Made by a program: the position numbers and the translations under genes. A stretch of DNA of 64,000 nt from Humibacter sp. GTDB lineage: Bacteria > Actinomycetota > Actinomycetes > Actinomycetales > Microbacteriaceae. Shown here piece after piece: positions 1-10,003 of this stretch (position 1 is the stretch's first letter; every line of letters begins with the position of its first letter). Under the pieces are notes generated by a model. That model was not told where the DNA came from. It did not search any database and saw only the letters and a program-made list of their open reading frames with translations. Location: assembly GCF_051954055.1 (NCBI RefSeq), contig NZ_JBQCIE010000092.1, forward strand, positions 152,686 through 216,685, read 5' to 3'.

Positions 1-2
1 GG

Positions 3-2174
3 ATGTCGAGCGCTCAGCAGTATGAGTGGCTGCGCGACCACCGACCGGAGGTCTACGACCGGGTGGTGGATGCCGTACGCGGTGGTCGATTCGTGCCGCT
101 CGGCGGCATGTGGGTGGAGAGCGATGCCGTCATGCCGTCGGGCGAGTCCATCGTTCGCCAGTTCCTCTACGGGCAGTCGTTCTTCCGCAGGGAGTTCGGC
201 GTGACCTGTCGCGGCGTCTGGCTGCCGGACAGCTTCGGGTACTCGGGCGCGCTCCCCCAGCTCATCCGCAAGGCGGGATTCGAGTGGTTCCTCAGCCAGA
301 AGCTCTCGTGGAATCAGGTGAACACCTTTCCCCACCACACGTTCTTCTGGGAAGGAATCGACGGCTCCCGCATCTTCAGCCACTTCCCGCCGATAGACAC
401 CTATAACGCCAGGCTCTCGGCATCGGAGCTGGCAGGAGCCCGTCGGCGATTCGCGCAGTCGGCCAGGGCGTCGGGTTCGATCGCGGCGGTCGGCTACGGC
501 GACGGTGGAGGAGGCACCACCAGAGAGATGATCGGCCGAGCTCGCCGTCTTGCCGATCTCGAAGGCAGCCCGCGCGTCATGTGGGAGCAGCCGGATGACT
601 TCTTCGAGCGCGCGCGTGCCGAACTCCCGGATGCGCCGGTCTGGGTGGGTGAACTCGTGCTCGAAGCGCACCGGGGCACGTTGACGAGCCAGCACCACAC
701 GAAGCAAGGCAATCGGCGTGGAGAACGTCTCATCGTCGAGGCCGAGCTGTGGGCGACGACGGCTGCTGTGCGCGGAGTCCTGGATTATCCGTACGACGAG
801 CTGGATGCACTGTGGAAGACCCTGCTTCTGCACCAGTTCCACGACATCCTCCCCGGCTCCTCGATCGCGTGGGTGCATCGCGAGGCGGTCGAGACCTATT
901 CGAGGCTGATCGGCGCCGCGGAGGCGATCAGCCGTCGTTCGCTGCTGGCACTCGTGGGCGATGGAGAAGCAGAGTTCACCGCAAACGGTTCTTCTCTCGA
1001 TCGAGGGGGCGCTTCCGCGTTCTCAGTGACGCCCGCAACCGCGACAGACGCCTTGCGTCCCGTCGTGCACGAGCATTGCGACGGAGTTCAGATCGACAAC
1101 GGAGTCATCCGGGTCGTCATCTCGCCTGATGGGCTCATCACATCGGCCGTCGACATCTCGACCGGCAGGGAGATCATCCCGAAGGGACGCCCGGCGGGTC
1201 TACTGCAACTCCACCAGGACTTCCCCAACACGCGCGACGCCTGGGACCTCGACGAGCACTACCGGCACCATGTCGAGAACCTGGCGCAGGCGGACTCGTT
1301 CGCCGTGGAATCCGACAACGACGGCGTGCATGTCACCGTCGAGCGCCGGTTCTCGAGGTCCTGGGTTCGTCAGCGGATCACGGTGGCACCCAACACCCGG
1401 ACCTTCCGCATCGAGCAGACGACGGATTGGCACGAGCACGAACGGCTGCTCAAGGTGGCCTTCCCGCTGTCATTGCACGCGGAGTACTCCGTCGCCGAGA
1501 CACAGTTCGGATGCGTGAGACGCCCAACGCACACCAACACCAGCTGGCAGACAGCGCAGTTCGAGCACTCGATGCACCGGTTCGTGCACGTTGCCGAACC
1601 GGGCTTCGGCGTGGGATTGCTCGGCGACTCCACGTACGGGTACGACGTGATCAGAGACGCCGACCCGGAGCACGGGGTGACGACGACGGTCAGGCTCTCA
1701 TTGCTGCGTTCGCCGAGGTTCCCGGATCCAATGGCGGATCAGGGCGGTCATACTCACGTCTACGCCTTCGCGATCGGCACGGACCTCCTCGGCACCACAG
1801 CGGCAGCCACCGAGCTCGACGTTCCCGTGCGTTCCGTCCGCGGTGGAAGCGCTGTGACTCCGATCGTCACCGTCGACGAGCCCGACGTCATTGTGTCGGC
1901 CGTCAAGCTGGCGTCCGACCGTTCCGGCGATCTCATCGTGCGGGTGTACGAACCTATCGGTCGGCGCGCCTCCGCAAGGATCACCGTGCCCTCGGAATAC
2001 GGTCCGGGACAAGCGGTGTCGCTGCTGGAAGAGCACACGGATGCTCCGGTCGGCGCCTCGCCGGGACCAGACGGGACCGTGCGGCTCGCGCCCTTCGAGG
2101 TGCTGACGTTGCGCTATCCGGTGCACCGCCGTCCGGGTCCGGAACACCGCTTCGGGAAGGGAACACGATCGTGA
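3..2174 (+). CDS. alpha-mannosidase, glycoside hydrolase family 38 (5'-truncated by window edge)
   Basis: The 723-aa ORF is open to the window edge. GH38 blocks present: GGMWVESD, PSGESIVRQFLYGQ, WLPDSFGYS, LLHQFHDILPGSS. In full-length GH38 enzymes these blocks lie several hundred aa in, so the ATG at nt 3 is not taken as the true start. Confidence 0.85.
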   Translation: MSSAQQYEWLRDHRPEVYDRVVDAVRGGRFVPLGGMWVESDAVMPSGESIVRQFLYGQSFFRREFGVTCRGVWLPDSFGYSGALPQLIRKAGFEWFLSQKLSWNQVNTFPHHTFFWEGIDGSRIFSHFPPIDTYNARLSASELAGARRRFAQSARASGSIAAVGYGDGGGGTTREMIGRARRLADLEGSPRVMWEQPDDFFERARAELPDAPVWVGELVLEAHRGTLTSQHHTKQGNRRGERLIVEAELWATTAAVRGVLDYPYDELDALWKTLLLHQFHDILPGSSIAWVHREAVETYSRLIGAAEAISRRSLLALVGDGEAEFTANGSSLDRGGASAFSVTPATATDALRPVVHEHCDGVQIDNGVIRVVISPDGLITSAVDISTGREIIPKGRPAGLLQLHQDFPNTRDAWDLDEHYRHHVENLAQADSFAVESDNDGVHVTVERRFSRSWVRQRITVAPNTRTFRIEQTTDWHEHERLLKVAFPLSLHAEYSVAETQFGCVRRPTHTNTSWQTAQFEHSMHRFVHVAEPGFGVGLLGDSTYGYDVIRDADPEHGVTTTVRLSLLRSPRFPDPMADQGGHTHVYAFAIGTDLLGTTAAATELDVPVRSVRGGSAVTPIVTVDEPDVIVSAVKLASDRSGDLIVRVYEPIGRRASARITVPSEYGPGQAVSLLEEHTDAPVGASPGPDGTVRLAPFEVLTLRYPVHRRPGPEHRFGKGTRS

Positions 2175-3448
2175 CGTCCACCGACGAAGGGGAGAACGGC
2201 ACAGTTGCGCGGCCCGATTCCGGCCGGCGCAAGTCGCCGACCGCCCCTGTGCCTCACCGGGCCGGCCACTCCCGGATCTCGCCTCGCACAGCGACGACGA
2301 GGGATGTGACCGCGATCAACCGTACGGCCATCCTCGATCTCCTTCGGTCCAACGGTCCCCTATCGCGACGCGCGATCGGGCAGAGCACCGGGCTCAGCTC
2401 CGCCACCGTGGAGCGGCTCTGCCAGGCACTCCTCGAGGAGGGTGCCATCGTGCACGGCGGTGTTGACCGCTCAGCCACGGGTAGACCGTCGCACCTCCTG
2501 AAGTACGTGGCAGACATCCGTACGGTCGCCGCTGTCGATATGACCGAGAACAACGCGCGTGGCCGCATCATCGACCTGAGTGGCAACGTGCTGTACGAGA
2601 CGTACGAGCCGTTCAACTTCCGGGACAGCGATGCCTCGACGGCACGCCTCGACGGGCTGCTGCGGCTGGTCGATCGAATCACCTCAGGCGAAACCGGAAC
2701 GGATGCGCCGCTCACCGGCATCGGAATCGCCCTTCCCGGCATCACCCATGACGGCGTCGTCGTCAACGCCATCGAGCTGGACTGGCGGGACGTTCCGGTC
2801 GCTCGGATCGTGACGGAACGCACCGGTCTTCCCGTGCTCGCCGAGAACGACGCCAACGCAACGGCGTACAGTGAGCTGCTGCATGGGGCTGCACGGGATG
2901 CCGAAAGCGCCGTCGCTCTGGTGCTCGGCACCGGAATCGGCGCTGGCATCGTCAGCGAGGGGCGGATTCATCGAGGCGCGGGTTCGGTCGCCGGTGAGGT
3001 GGGGTACCTGCTCACCTCGGCCAAGTCGTTCTCCCGCTACTTCACCGACCTCGGCGATGTCGAGGGTTGCATCTCCGGCGAGATCCGGCCGTACATGCAG
3101 CACGGTGACGGCCACCTGGACCGACGGATAGGTCCGGCTTTCCGAGCGATGATGAAGCTCGTCGAGCAAGGAGACGCCGACGCAGCCCGCGCCCGAGACG
3201 AGTTCTTCGACAACATCGCCTTGATCTGCGCGGCCACCGCCGTCGTAGTCGCACCGAGCGTCATCGTGCTCGCCGGCGCCTTCGCACAGTACAGCGTTCT
3301 TTCCGCCGAACAGATCACGCGACGGCTGGTCGGTCGCATTCCGTCGGTGCCCCGTATCGTGCCCAGCCGGTTCGGCTTCGACGCAGCGATCACCGGGATC
3401 GGCGATCTCGCCATAGAGCGTGCGCGCACCGCCACATACCTGACATGA
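2171..3448 (+). CDS. ROK-family transcriptional regulator
   Basis: An in-frame GTG at 2171 overlaps the mannosidase stop (GTGA). N-terminal wHTH (INRTAILDLLRSNGPLSRRAIGQSTGLSSATVERL) plus a ROK sugar-kinase-like domain (GIALPG, LAENDANA, LGTGIGAG). The 5' part of the 673-aa track ORF is a GC-rich overlap artefact. Confidence 0.85.
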   Translation: MTSTDEGENGTVARPDSGRRKSPTAPVPHRAGHSRISPRTATTRDVTAINRTAILDLLRSNGPLSRRAIGQSTGLSSATVERLCQALLEEGAIVHGGVDRSATGRPSHLLKYVADIRTVAAVDMTENNARGRIIDLSGNVLYETYEPFNFRDSDASTARLDGLLRLVDRITSGETGTDAPLTGIGIALPGITHDGVVVNAIELDWRDVPVARIVTERTGLPVLAENDANATAYSELLHGAARDAESAVALVLGTGIGAGIVSEGRIHRGAGSVAGEVGYLLTSAKSFSRYFTDLGDVEGCISGEIRPYMQHGDGHLDRRIGPAFRAMMKLVEQGDADAARARDEFFDNIALICAATAVVVAPSVIVLAGAFAQYSVLSAEQITRRLVGRIPSVPRIVPSRFGFDAAITGIGDLAIERARTATYLT

Positions 3449-4368
3449 ACCGGCATCCGGATCGTCTCATCGGGGTGGACGTCGGCGGCACAAAGACGCA
3501 CTTGGCTCTCATCGACTCTCAGGGTGCACGACGAGACATCGTGCGCCCGTCGTCCGAATGGCGCAACGGGCACCTCTTCTCGGACGAGAGGAACCTCATC
3601 CGTCTCGCGTCATGGATCGGCAGTCAGGCGCTCATCGGAACGATCACGAGCGTCGCGATAGGACTGCGCGACTGCGACACCGAAGCAGAGCTCCAGCGTG
3701 CTCGCGATGCCGTCTCTGGTGCGCTGGGCATTTCGGTCCGCATCGAGAACGACGCCGACCTCCTGGCACCGGCGATGGGAATGGACCGTGCGATCGCCAT
3801 GGTCGTGGGCACCGGTTCGATCGTCAGTGCAAGGGATGCAGCAGGCGCACGGGTCACCGCGGATGGCCACGGCTGGCTCCTCGGCGACTGGGGCAGCGGC
3901 CCCGGCCTTGTACGCGACGCCCTGATCAGAACCCTCGCCGCGATGGATGCCGGGGCGGGCCCAGGCGATGATCCACTCATCGCCGGCCTGCTCGCGCACC
4001 ACAAAGCCGGAAGCGCGGCGGAGCTGGCGGCGTCAGCGACCCTCGCCGCGTCGCCCGACTACTGGGGCTCGGCAGCCATGCGCGTCTTCGAGGCGGATCA
4101 GGCGGGATCGGCGCTCGCGGGCGAGACCATCGGGTTCGCTGCCCAACGTCTGGCGGACAACGTCGCGGCCGTGGTCAACCGTGGAGGACTTGGCGATCAC
4201 GTCGTGGCCGCAGGCGGGGTGATCGTGAATCAGCCCGCTTTGCGCCGGGAAGTGAGCCAGCGCCTGAACAGCTTTTCCCCGCCACTCGAGTTGCGCATCC
4301 TGGACGTGCCGCCCGTGGAGGGAGCGCTGCGGCTCGCCGCCTTGGCCTCTCCAGTGCCTGAATGCTGA
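3445..4368 (+). CDS. BadF/BadG/BcrA/BcrD-type ATPase (N-acetylglucosamine-kinase-like sugar kinase)
   Basis: ATGA overlap with the ROK stop. Motifs LIGVDVGGTKTH, MVVGTGSI and WLLGDWGSG are typical of this ASKHA kinase family. Confidence 0.75.
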   Translation: MNRHPDRLIGVDVGGTKTHLALIDSQGARRDIVRPSSEWRNGHLFSDERNLIRLASWIGSQALIGTITSVAIGLRDCDTEAELQRARDAVSGALGISVRIENDADLLAPAMGMDRAIAMVVGTGSIVSARDAAGARVTADGHGWLLGDWGSGPGLVRDALIRTLAAMDAGAGPGDDPLIAGLLAHHKAGSAAELAASATLAASPDYWGSAAMRVFEADQAGSALAGETIGFAAQRLADNVAAVVNRGGLGDHVVAAGGVIVNQPALRREVSQRLNSFSPPLELRILDVPPVEGALRLAALASPVPEC

Positions 4369-4385
4369 CACCCCATCGCACACAC

Positions 4386-4413
4386 GAAAGGCCGCCCCTG
4401 TGGGCGGCCTTTC
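4386..4413. terminator. stem-loop between convergent kinase gene and ssrA (putative bidirectional terminator)
   Basis: Perfect 12-bp stem gaaaggccgccc / gggcggcctttc with a 4-nt loop, followed by gtttc on the + strand. Confidence 0.5.
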
Positions 4414-4485
4414 GTTTCAGCAGTGCGAGACAGCGGCTTGAATGGTGTTCGGCGCTACGCGCCTCAACACTCACTCGCTCAGTCC

Positions 4486-4507
4486 GAGAGCAAGCAGGCT
4501 TGCTCTC
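4486..4507. repeat. palindromic element (10-bp arms), loosely related to the repeats at 10.0 and 12.9 kb
   Basis: gagagcaagc-ag-gcttgctctc is a perfect inverted repeat. It is flanked by ctcagtcc and shares GAGAGC/GCTCTC arm ends and a CTGAG-type flank with the other copies. Confidence 0.5.
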
Positions 4508-4523
4508 TTCCCTCGCTCAATCG

Positions 4524-4915
4524 TGTGGAGATGGGGGGAATTGAACCCCCGTCCATCGCTGTGGTCATACGCCTTCTACGGGCGTATCCAATGACGGCGC
4601 TTTGCTCGGTTCCGGAACTTGCCATTGGCAGCTGATCCGACGAACCCAGTCACGGTTGGAGTCCCTCTACGCCCCATGACGATGCGTAGAAGCAATCTCT
4701 CTAGCTGACGCCAGGATCCGGGTAGAGAGCATTCCCGGGCTGACGGTCTCTTAGATCGCTAAGTACGATCAGGCCGCGAGAGCGACCTGGGCCTTAGCGG
4801 AGACAGTGCTGTTGGAATTGGCACTTATTTTTTGCAGGGAGCGTTAGCGAGATAACCCTGCATCCTCGACCCGCTTCTCGTAATCTCGCAGACGATGTCG
4901 AAACCGATCATCCCC
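4524..4915 (-). ncRNA. ssrA: tmRNA (SsrA)
   Basis: The minus strand reads 5' GGGGATGATCGGTTTCGAC... and ends ...GGACGGGGGTTCAATTCCCCCCATCTCCA (tRNA-Ala-like acceptor/T-arm). The internal tag frame after AAAAAATAAGT (nt 4822..4769) is GCC AAT TCC AAC AGC ACT GTC TCC GCT AAG GCC CAG GTC GCT CTC GCG GCC TGA = ANSNSTVSAKAQVALAA*. smpB lies nearby. Confidence 0.93.
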
Positions 4916-5020
4916 ATGAGGCGGGCCGCTGTCGCGCACTGTTGAGTTTCTTGTGAGGTGCATCCGCAACCGGTGCGGCCTTACAGAGTACAACACCGAG
5001 CGCGCGCATGTCATGCCCGG

Positions 5021-5353
5021 ATGTGCGAATCTGGAGGGGTGGCATCCTCGATCCCCGCACCGAGCACGATCGAACGCACAGACGAGGCGCTCGACCTCAC
5101 GCCGCGCCACACCCTCGACACACCGTGGCGGGCCATTGTGTGGAACGACCCGGTCAATCTCATGTCGTACGTGGTCTACGTGTTCCGCAGCTATTTCGGC
5201 TTCAGCCGGGAGAAGGCGACGCAGCTGATGCTCCAGGTGCATCACGAGGGCCGAGCGATCGTCGCGACCGGCACCCGCGAGGCGATGGAGGTGCACGTGC
5301 ATGCGATGCACGGCTACGGGCTCTCCGCGTCGGTCGACAGGGCCGAGAAGTGA
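5021..5353 (+). CDS. clpS: ATP-dependent Clp protease adaptor ClpS
   Basis: WRAIVWNDPVNLMSYVVYVFRSYFGFSREKATQLMLQVHHEGRAIV is the conserved ClpS core. The start is set at ATG 5021 (about 36 aa before the core, as in other actinobacterial ClpS). The track ORF begins at 4958, so the start is uncertain. Confidence 0.85.
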   Translation: MCESGGVASSIPAPSTIERTDEALDLTPRHTLDTPWRAIVWNDPVNLMSYVVYVFRSYFGFSREKATQLMLQVHHEGRAIVATGTREAMEVHVHAMHGYGLSASVDRAEK

Positions 5354-5889
5354 CGCACATCCGCCGTCTCGACGGCGGTTCGCTGGCCGTCACCGTGTCG
5401 GACAACGAGTTCATCGCGCTCTCGCGGCTCGAGGCCGACCTACTCGGCCTTCTCGCCGACCGGCTCACCCGACTGGCCGCCGGTACAGCCGGCCGCGACC
5501 GGATGTTCCCTGACGCCTACCGCGACGACGCCGAGGCGGCGGCGGAGTTCCACGCGCTCACCGACGTCGACCTGGTCACCGCGAAGAGCGGAGCCGCACG
5601 GAACGTGATGGATGCCTTCATGGCCGCCGAGCAGGAGGCATCCGGTTCCCGTTGGAGACGTGCGACCTCACGCACGGTCACCACCGACGCCGAACTCGCT
5701 CTTGCGCTTGTGCGCAACCTCACCGACCTGCGGTTGATGGTGGCGGACCGGCTGGGTATTGAGAACGATGACGACGACGGGAGCGGCGGAGCGGCCGCCG
5801 ACCGGGTCGTGTACTGGTGGCTGGGCGAGACGCAGGAATTGCTCGTGGAGGCGCTCGCTGCCGATGCGTTCGGCCGCGAAACGGCCTGA
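5350..5889 (+). CDS. DUF2017-like protein (conserved ClpS neighbour)
   Basis: GTG 5350 overlaps the clpS stop (GTGA). Acidic protein ending ...VVYWWLGETQELLVEAL, in the position and with the composition typical of actinobacterial DUF2017. Confidence 0.7.
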   Translation: MTHIRRLDGGSLAVTVSDNEFIALSRLEADLLGLLADRLTRLAAGTAGRDRMFPDAYRDDAEAAAEFHALTDVDLVTAKSGAARNVMDAFMAAEQEASGSRWRRATSRTVTTDAELALALVRNLTDLRLMVADRLGIENDDDDGSGGAAADRVVYWWLGETQELLVEALAADAFGRETA

Positions 5890-5898
5890 ACCGTCCTG

Positions 5899-6375
5899 CT
5901 ATTCGCCAAGGTGGTTGCGGTTGGACATGGCGCGCTCCGCCTCGCGCCTGTCCTGCCGTTCGCGCAACGCCTGCCGCTTGTCGTACTCGCGCTTACCCTT
6001 GGCGACGCCGATCTCGACCTTCGCGCGGCCGTCGGAGAAGTACAGCTGCAACGGAATCAGCGTGTAGCCGCCGTCTTTGATCTTGTTCGCGATCTTCACG
6101 ATCTGCTGCTTGTGCAGCAGCAGCTTGCGCTTGCGACGAGGCGCATGGTTGTTCCACGTCCCGTCGAGGTACTCCGGGATGTACACGGCATCCAGCCATG
6201 CCTCTCCCCCGTCGATGAACGCGTAGCCGTCGACGAGTGACGCACGGCCCTCGCGCAACGACTTCACCTCGGTGCCCGTGAGCACCAACCCAGCCTCATA
6301 CGTGTCTTCGATCAGGTAGTCGTGGCGGGCGCGGCGGTTGGTCGCCACCACCTTCTGACCACGTTCCCTGGGCAT
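5899..6375 (-). CDS. smpB: SsrA-binding protein SmpB
   Basis: 158 aa with [31 protein letters not shown] and LLLHKQQI..., the canonical SmpB blocks. Confidence 0.95.
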   Translation of the reverse strand: MPRERGQKVVATNRRARHDYLIEDTYEAGLVLTGTEVKSLREGRASLVDGYAFIDGGEAWLDAVYIPEYLDGTWNNHAPRRKRKLLLHKQQIVKIANKIKDGGYTLIPLQLYFSDGRAKVEIGVAKGKREYDKRQALRERQDRREAERAMSNRNHLGE

Positions 6376-6488
6376 GGCTCACCTCTCCACTCGACACGGC
6401 GCGCCAGCATTCTGCGCACATGAGCGCCGCACCGGGCTTGGGCGCAGCAGCCCACCAGCCTACCGTGCAGATGGGACGCATGGGTCGG

Positions 6489-7403
6489 TCACACCCGCAA
6501 GTAGCGACGGATCGCGACGCTGGAGGCCAGCGCCGCCAGCCCGATGCCGACGATCACGAGTATCGGCGCGACGATCCAGGCACTGTCGAGCCCCACGAAG
6601 GAGGTCAACTGCATCTTCTGCGACAGATAGCCGCGCACGAAGAACTGCACGATCGCGAACACCGCACCGACCGAGAGTAGCGATCCGATCAAGGCTGCGA
6701 GTACGCCCTCCAACACGAACGGCGTCTGGATGAACCCGTTCGATGCACCCACCAGCCGCATGATGCCGAGCTCCCGTCTTCGAGAGAACGCGGAGAGTCG
6801 GATCGTCGTGGCGATCAGCAGCGCTGCGGCGACGAGCATCACGATGGCTATGGCTATCGCGGTGAGGCTGGCTGCGTTCAGGATGCGGAAGATCTGGTCC
6901 AGATAACTTCGCTGGTCTGTGACGGACTGCACTCCGGCGACGCCGCTGAGGCTCTGCGCGATCACGTCCGACTGCGCCTGGTTCTTCAGCTTGATCCAGA
7001 ACGTCTGGTTCAGCAGTTCGGGGGTGACGTAGTCGGCGACCGGGTTGCCCTTGAACTGCTTCTTGAAGTCCGCGTACGCCTGCTGGTGATTCTCGAAGTA
7101 GAACTTCTCGATGAACGGCGCGAGCGCCGGCGACGAGAGCTTCGCCTTCACTGCCGCGATCTGCTCGGCCGTCGCATCCTGCCCCTGACAGGTCGTGCTC
7201 ACATCGGTTTCGGTGCACATGTACACCGCCACCTGCGCACGGTCGTACCAGTACGTCTTCATCTGGCCGATCTGCATCTGCATCAGGATGGCCGTGCCCA
7301 CGAATGTGAGCGAGATGAACGTCACAAGGACGACCGAGATCACCATGGACAGGTTGCGCTTCAGGCCGCTCCCCGCCTCGGACATGACGAGTGCGAATCT
7401 CAT
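6489..7403 (-). CDS. ftsX: cell-division ABC transporter permease FtsX
   Basis: 304 aa. N-terminal [20 protein letters not shown], a large extracellular loop, and C-terminal FtsX-type TM bundle. ATGA overlap with the ftsE stop. Confidence 0.9.
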   Translation of the reverse strand: MRFALVMSEAGSGLKRNLSMVISVVLVTFISLTFVGTAILMQMQIGQMKTYWYDRAQVAVYMCTETDVSTTCQGQDATAEQIAAVKAKLSSPALAPFIEKFYFENHQQAYADFKKQFKGNPVADYVTPELLNQTFWIKLKNQAQSDVIAQSLSGVAGVQSVTDQRSYLDQIFRILNAASLTAIAIAIVMLVAAALLIATTIRLSAFSRRRELGIMRLVGASNGFIQTPFVLEGVLAALIGSLLSVGAVFAIVQFFVRGYLSQKMQLTSFVGLDSAWIVAPILVIVGIGLAALASSVAIRRYLRV

Positions 7404-8815
7404 GACACCGGCCCCACATCCTGATTGGAGTCGTCTTCGTGATCGTGCTTACCCGGTGCGCGCAGGCCGAGCCGCTCGGCGAGGGTGAGCTCCGCAACAT
7501 CCGAGTCGGGACGCCGGATCGGCGCGGTCGGCGGATTGGCGAAGTGCCCTTCGAGCACGGACTCACGACTGGTGGATGCTTCGCGCGGCACCCCCGCGGG
7601 CACGGGCTCGCGTTCGGTGCGCGGTCGCGCCGGCTGCAGCGCGGACGAGTGCTCCTCACTCTCGGGAGCCTGCGGCAACGGCACGGCGGCCGTGGCCGGC
7701 TTCGCGTGCTGACCCGTGTCGGCGCTGGGTTCCACGACGACGGGCACGGCCGCGACCGGCGCAGCAGCCTGTTCCGCCGCGCCCGGTTCGGCGACGGCGG
7801 GCTGCGCGGGCGCGGGCTGCGCGGGCACCGTGTATTCCTGCGCCTGCGGGTCCTGAGCAGCGACTGCAGCCGTCACGGGCGCCGCAACCGACGTGACCGT
7901 CGGTTCGGACGCGACGGGTGTCTCCGCAGCGCGCTGCGAGCGACGCGTGCGCGAGGCATCCTTCACCGCCTTCTTCTCCGCCTTGCGGTCGGCCCGCGAA
8001 GGCTTCCCGGCGCGAGCGCTGACGAGCGTTGCGGATGCCGCGGCGCCGGGTTGCTGCGCCGGTTCGTCTTCAGCGCCGTATGCGCGCGGAACCTCAGCTC
8101 GACCGTGCTCGTCGAGCACCGGGATCGCCGCGGTGAAGCCGTAGCCGCCGTGTCGTTCGTCGCGGATGAGCTTGCCGCCCACGAGCTCGATGACACGCTT
8201 CTGCATGCGGTCGACGAGGCCGGCCTCGTGCGTGGCCATCAGCACGGTGGTGCCCGACGCGTTGATGCGCTCGAGCACGGCCGTGATTCCCGCGCTGGTG
8301 GCGGGATCCAAGTTTCCGGTGGGCTCATCGGCGAGCAGGATCTGCGGCTTGTTCACGACGGCGCGGGCGATCGCGACACGCTGTTGCTCACCGCCGGAGA
8401 GCTCATGCGGAAAACGCTGGCCCTTGCCCTCGAGTCCCACCATGGCGAGCACGTCGGGGACGGCCTCGTGGATGAATCCCTTCGACTTGCCGATCACCTG
8501 CAGGGTGAACGCGACGTTGTCGAAGACGGTCTTATTGGTGAGCAGGCGGAAGTCCTGGAAGACCACGCCGACGTTCCTACGGAAGTAGGGCACCTTGCGG
8601 TTCGAGATGTTGCTGAGGTTCTGGCCCAGAACATGCAGCTTGCCGCGCGTGGCGCGCTCCTCGCGCAGGATGAGGCGCAGGAAGGTGGACTTGCCGGATC
8701 CGGACGCGCCGACCACGAACACGAACTCTCCGCGGAGAATCTCGGTCGTGATGTCGTCGAGGGCCGGGCGGGGAGTTCCCTTGTAGCTCTTGCTGACGTG
8801 GTCGAATCGGATCAT
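7400..8815 (-). CDS. ftsE: cell-division ATP-binding protein FtsE with ~240-aa C-terminal low-complexity extension
   Basis: The first ~228 aa form the NBD: Walker [10 protein letters not shown], signature LSGGEQQR, Walker [14 protein letters not shown]-loop ATHE. Residues ~229-471 are Ala/Pro/Gln/Glu-rich with no second domain recognisable. Confidence 0.9.
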   Translation of the reverse strand: MIRFDHVSKSYKGTPRPALDDITTEILRGEFVFVVGASGSGKSTFLRLILREERATRGKLHVLGQNLSNISNRKVPYFRRNVGVVFQDFRLLTNKTVFDNVAFTLQVIGKSKGFIHEAVPDVLAMVGLEGKGQRFPHELSGGEQQRVAIARAVVNKPQILLADEPTGNLDPATSAGITAVLERINASGTTVLMATHEAGLVDRMQKRVIELVGGKLIRDERHGGYGFTAAIPVLDEHGRAEVPRAYGAEDEPAQQPGAAASATLVSARAGKPSRADRKAEKKAVKDASRTRRSQRAAETPVASEPTVTSVAAPVTAAVAAQDPQAQEYTVPAQPAPAQPAVAEPGAAEQAAAPVAAVPVVVEPSADTGQHAKPATAAVPLPQAPESEEHSSALQPARPRTEREPVPAGVPREASTSRESVLEGHFANPPTAPIRRPDSDVAELTLAERLGLRAPGKHDHEDDSNQDVGPVS

Positions 8816-8873
8816 GACCCGCTCAGCCTAAGCACTCGTCCCGCCGATGCGACCCAGCGACTCACCTGCGTGG

Positions 8874-9983
8874 TCAGCCGACGGGCTTTTGCTTGCGCCA
8901 GCGGATGCCGGCGGCGATGAATCCGTCGAGGTCGCCATCGAACACCGCCTGTGGGTTGTTCACCTCGTGCTCCGTGCGGAGGTCTTTCACCATCTGATAT
9001 GGCGCCAGAACGTAGGACCGCATCTGGTCGCCCCAACTCGCCGTGATGTTGCCGGCGAGCTCCTTCTTGGCTGCCGCCTCCGCCTCTCGCTGGAGCAGCA
9101 GCAGCCGGGACTGCAGCACCCGCATGGCCGCTGCCCGGTTCTGGATCTGCGACTTCTCGTTCTGCATCGACACCACGATGCCCGTCGGCAGGTGCGTGAT
9201 GCGCACAGCCGAGTCCGTCGTGTTCACCGACTGGCCGCCCGGACCCGACGAGCGGAAGACATCCACCCGGATGTCCGTTTCCGGGATGTCGACCTCCTGC
9301 GCCTCCTCCATCAGCGGAATGACCTCGACGGCGGCGAACGACGTCTGACGCTTACCGGCTGAGTTGAACGGGCTCATGCGCACCAGCCGGTGCGTGCCCG
9401 CCTCCACGGAAAGAGTGCCGAACGCGTACGGAGCATCCACCTCGAACGTGGCGGACTTGATGCCCGCCTCCTCCGCATAGCTGGTGTCCATCACCTGCGC
9501 CGAGTAGCCGTGCTGCTCCGCCCATCTCAGGTACATGCGCAGGAGCATCTCGGCGAAGTCGGCGGCATCCACCCCGCCCGCGCCCGCGCGAATGGTGACG
9601 ACGGCGGGACGCTCGTCGTACTCCCCGTCGAGAAGCGTCTGCACCTCGAGATCGCCGACGGTCTTCTGCAGTTCCTGCAGCTCGTTCCTGGCCTCCTCGG
9701 CCGACTCGTCGTCGCCTTCCGAGTTGGCGAGCTCGACCAGCACCTCGAGGTCGTCGAGACGCTGCTCGATGCCGTTCAACCTGGTCAGCTCGGCTTGCCG
9801 ATGGCTCAGCGCGCTGGTCACCTGCTGTGCCTTCTCGGGGTCGTCCCAGAGGTCGGGAGCTCCGGCCTCCTCGCTCAGTCGCTCGATGTCGGCACGCAGC
9901 CTGTCCACGTCGGCGACGGCGCGGATGTCTGCGAAAGTCGCGCGCACTTCGGCGATCTGCGCGCTCAGGTCCAGTTCGATCAT
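8874..9983 (-). CDS. prfB: peptide chain release factor 2
   Basis: 369 aa with the SPF tripeptide (RMSPFNSAG) and GGQ motif ([24 protein letters not shown]). It is a single uninterrupted ORF. Confidence 0.95.
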   Translation of the reverse strand: MIELDLSAQIAEVRATFADIRAVADVDRLRADIERLSEEAGAPDLWDDPEKAQQVTSALSHRQAELTRLNGIEQRLDDLEVLVELANSEGDDESAEEARNELQELQKTVGDLEVQTLLDGEYDERPAVVTIRAGAGGVDAADFAEMLLRMYLRWAEQHGYSAQVMDTSYAEEAGIKSATFEVDAPYAFGTLSVEAGTHRLVRMSPFNSAGKRQTSFAAVEVIPLMEEAQEVDIPETDIRVDVFRSSGPGGQSVNTTDSAVRITHLPTGIVVSMQNEKSQIQNRAAAMRVLQSRLLLLQREAEAAAKKELAGNITASWGDQMRSYVLAPYQMVKDLRTEHEVNNPQAVFDGDLDGFIAAGIRWRKQKPVG

Positions 9984-10003
9984 GACCGCACAAGCCTACA
10001 GAT

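Noticed and set aside
3-5. ATG at nt 3 as the start of the mannosidase.
   Set aside because: The GH38 blocks that follow normally lie far inside the protein, so the gene is cut by the window edge.
1427-2170. N-terminal extensions of track ORFs. Examples: 1427-2170 for the ROK gene; 15630-15791 for tadC; 16490-17140 for tadB; 31459-32073; 33260-33616; 47597-47950; 50576-51136; 52469-52642.
   Set aside because: Each extension overlaps a well-supported upstream gene in another frame. Each real start coincides with an ATGA/GTGA stop-start overlap or an SD-preceded start, giving a family-typical protein length.
4916-5020. Longer ClpS (start at 4958) overlapping the ssrA promoter region.
   Set aside because: The extension adds an Arg/His-rich non-conserved segment and would run into the tmRNA upstream region. 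ATG 5021 gives the family-typical length, although the exact start remains uncertain.
8874-9983. Programmed +1 frameshift site in prfB.
   Set aside because: The RF2 reading frame is continuous from MIELDL... to the end, with no in-frame early TGA. Many actinobacterial prfB genes lack the frameshift, so nothing is unusual here.
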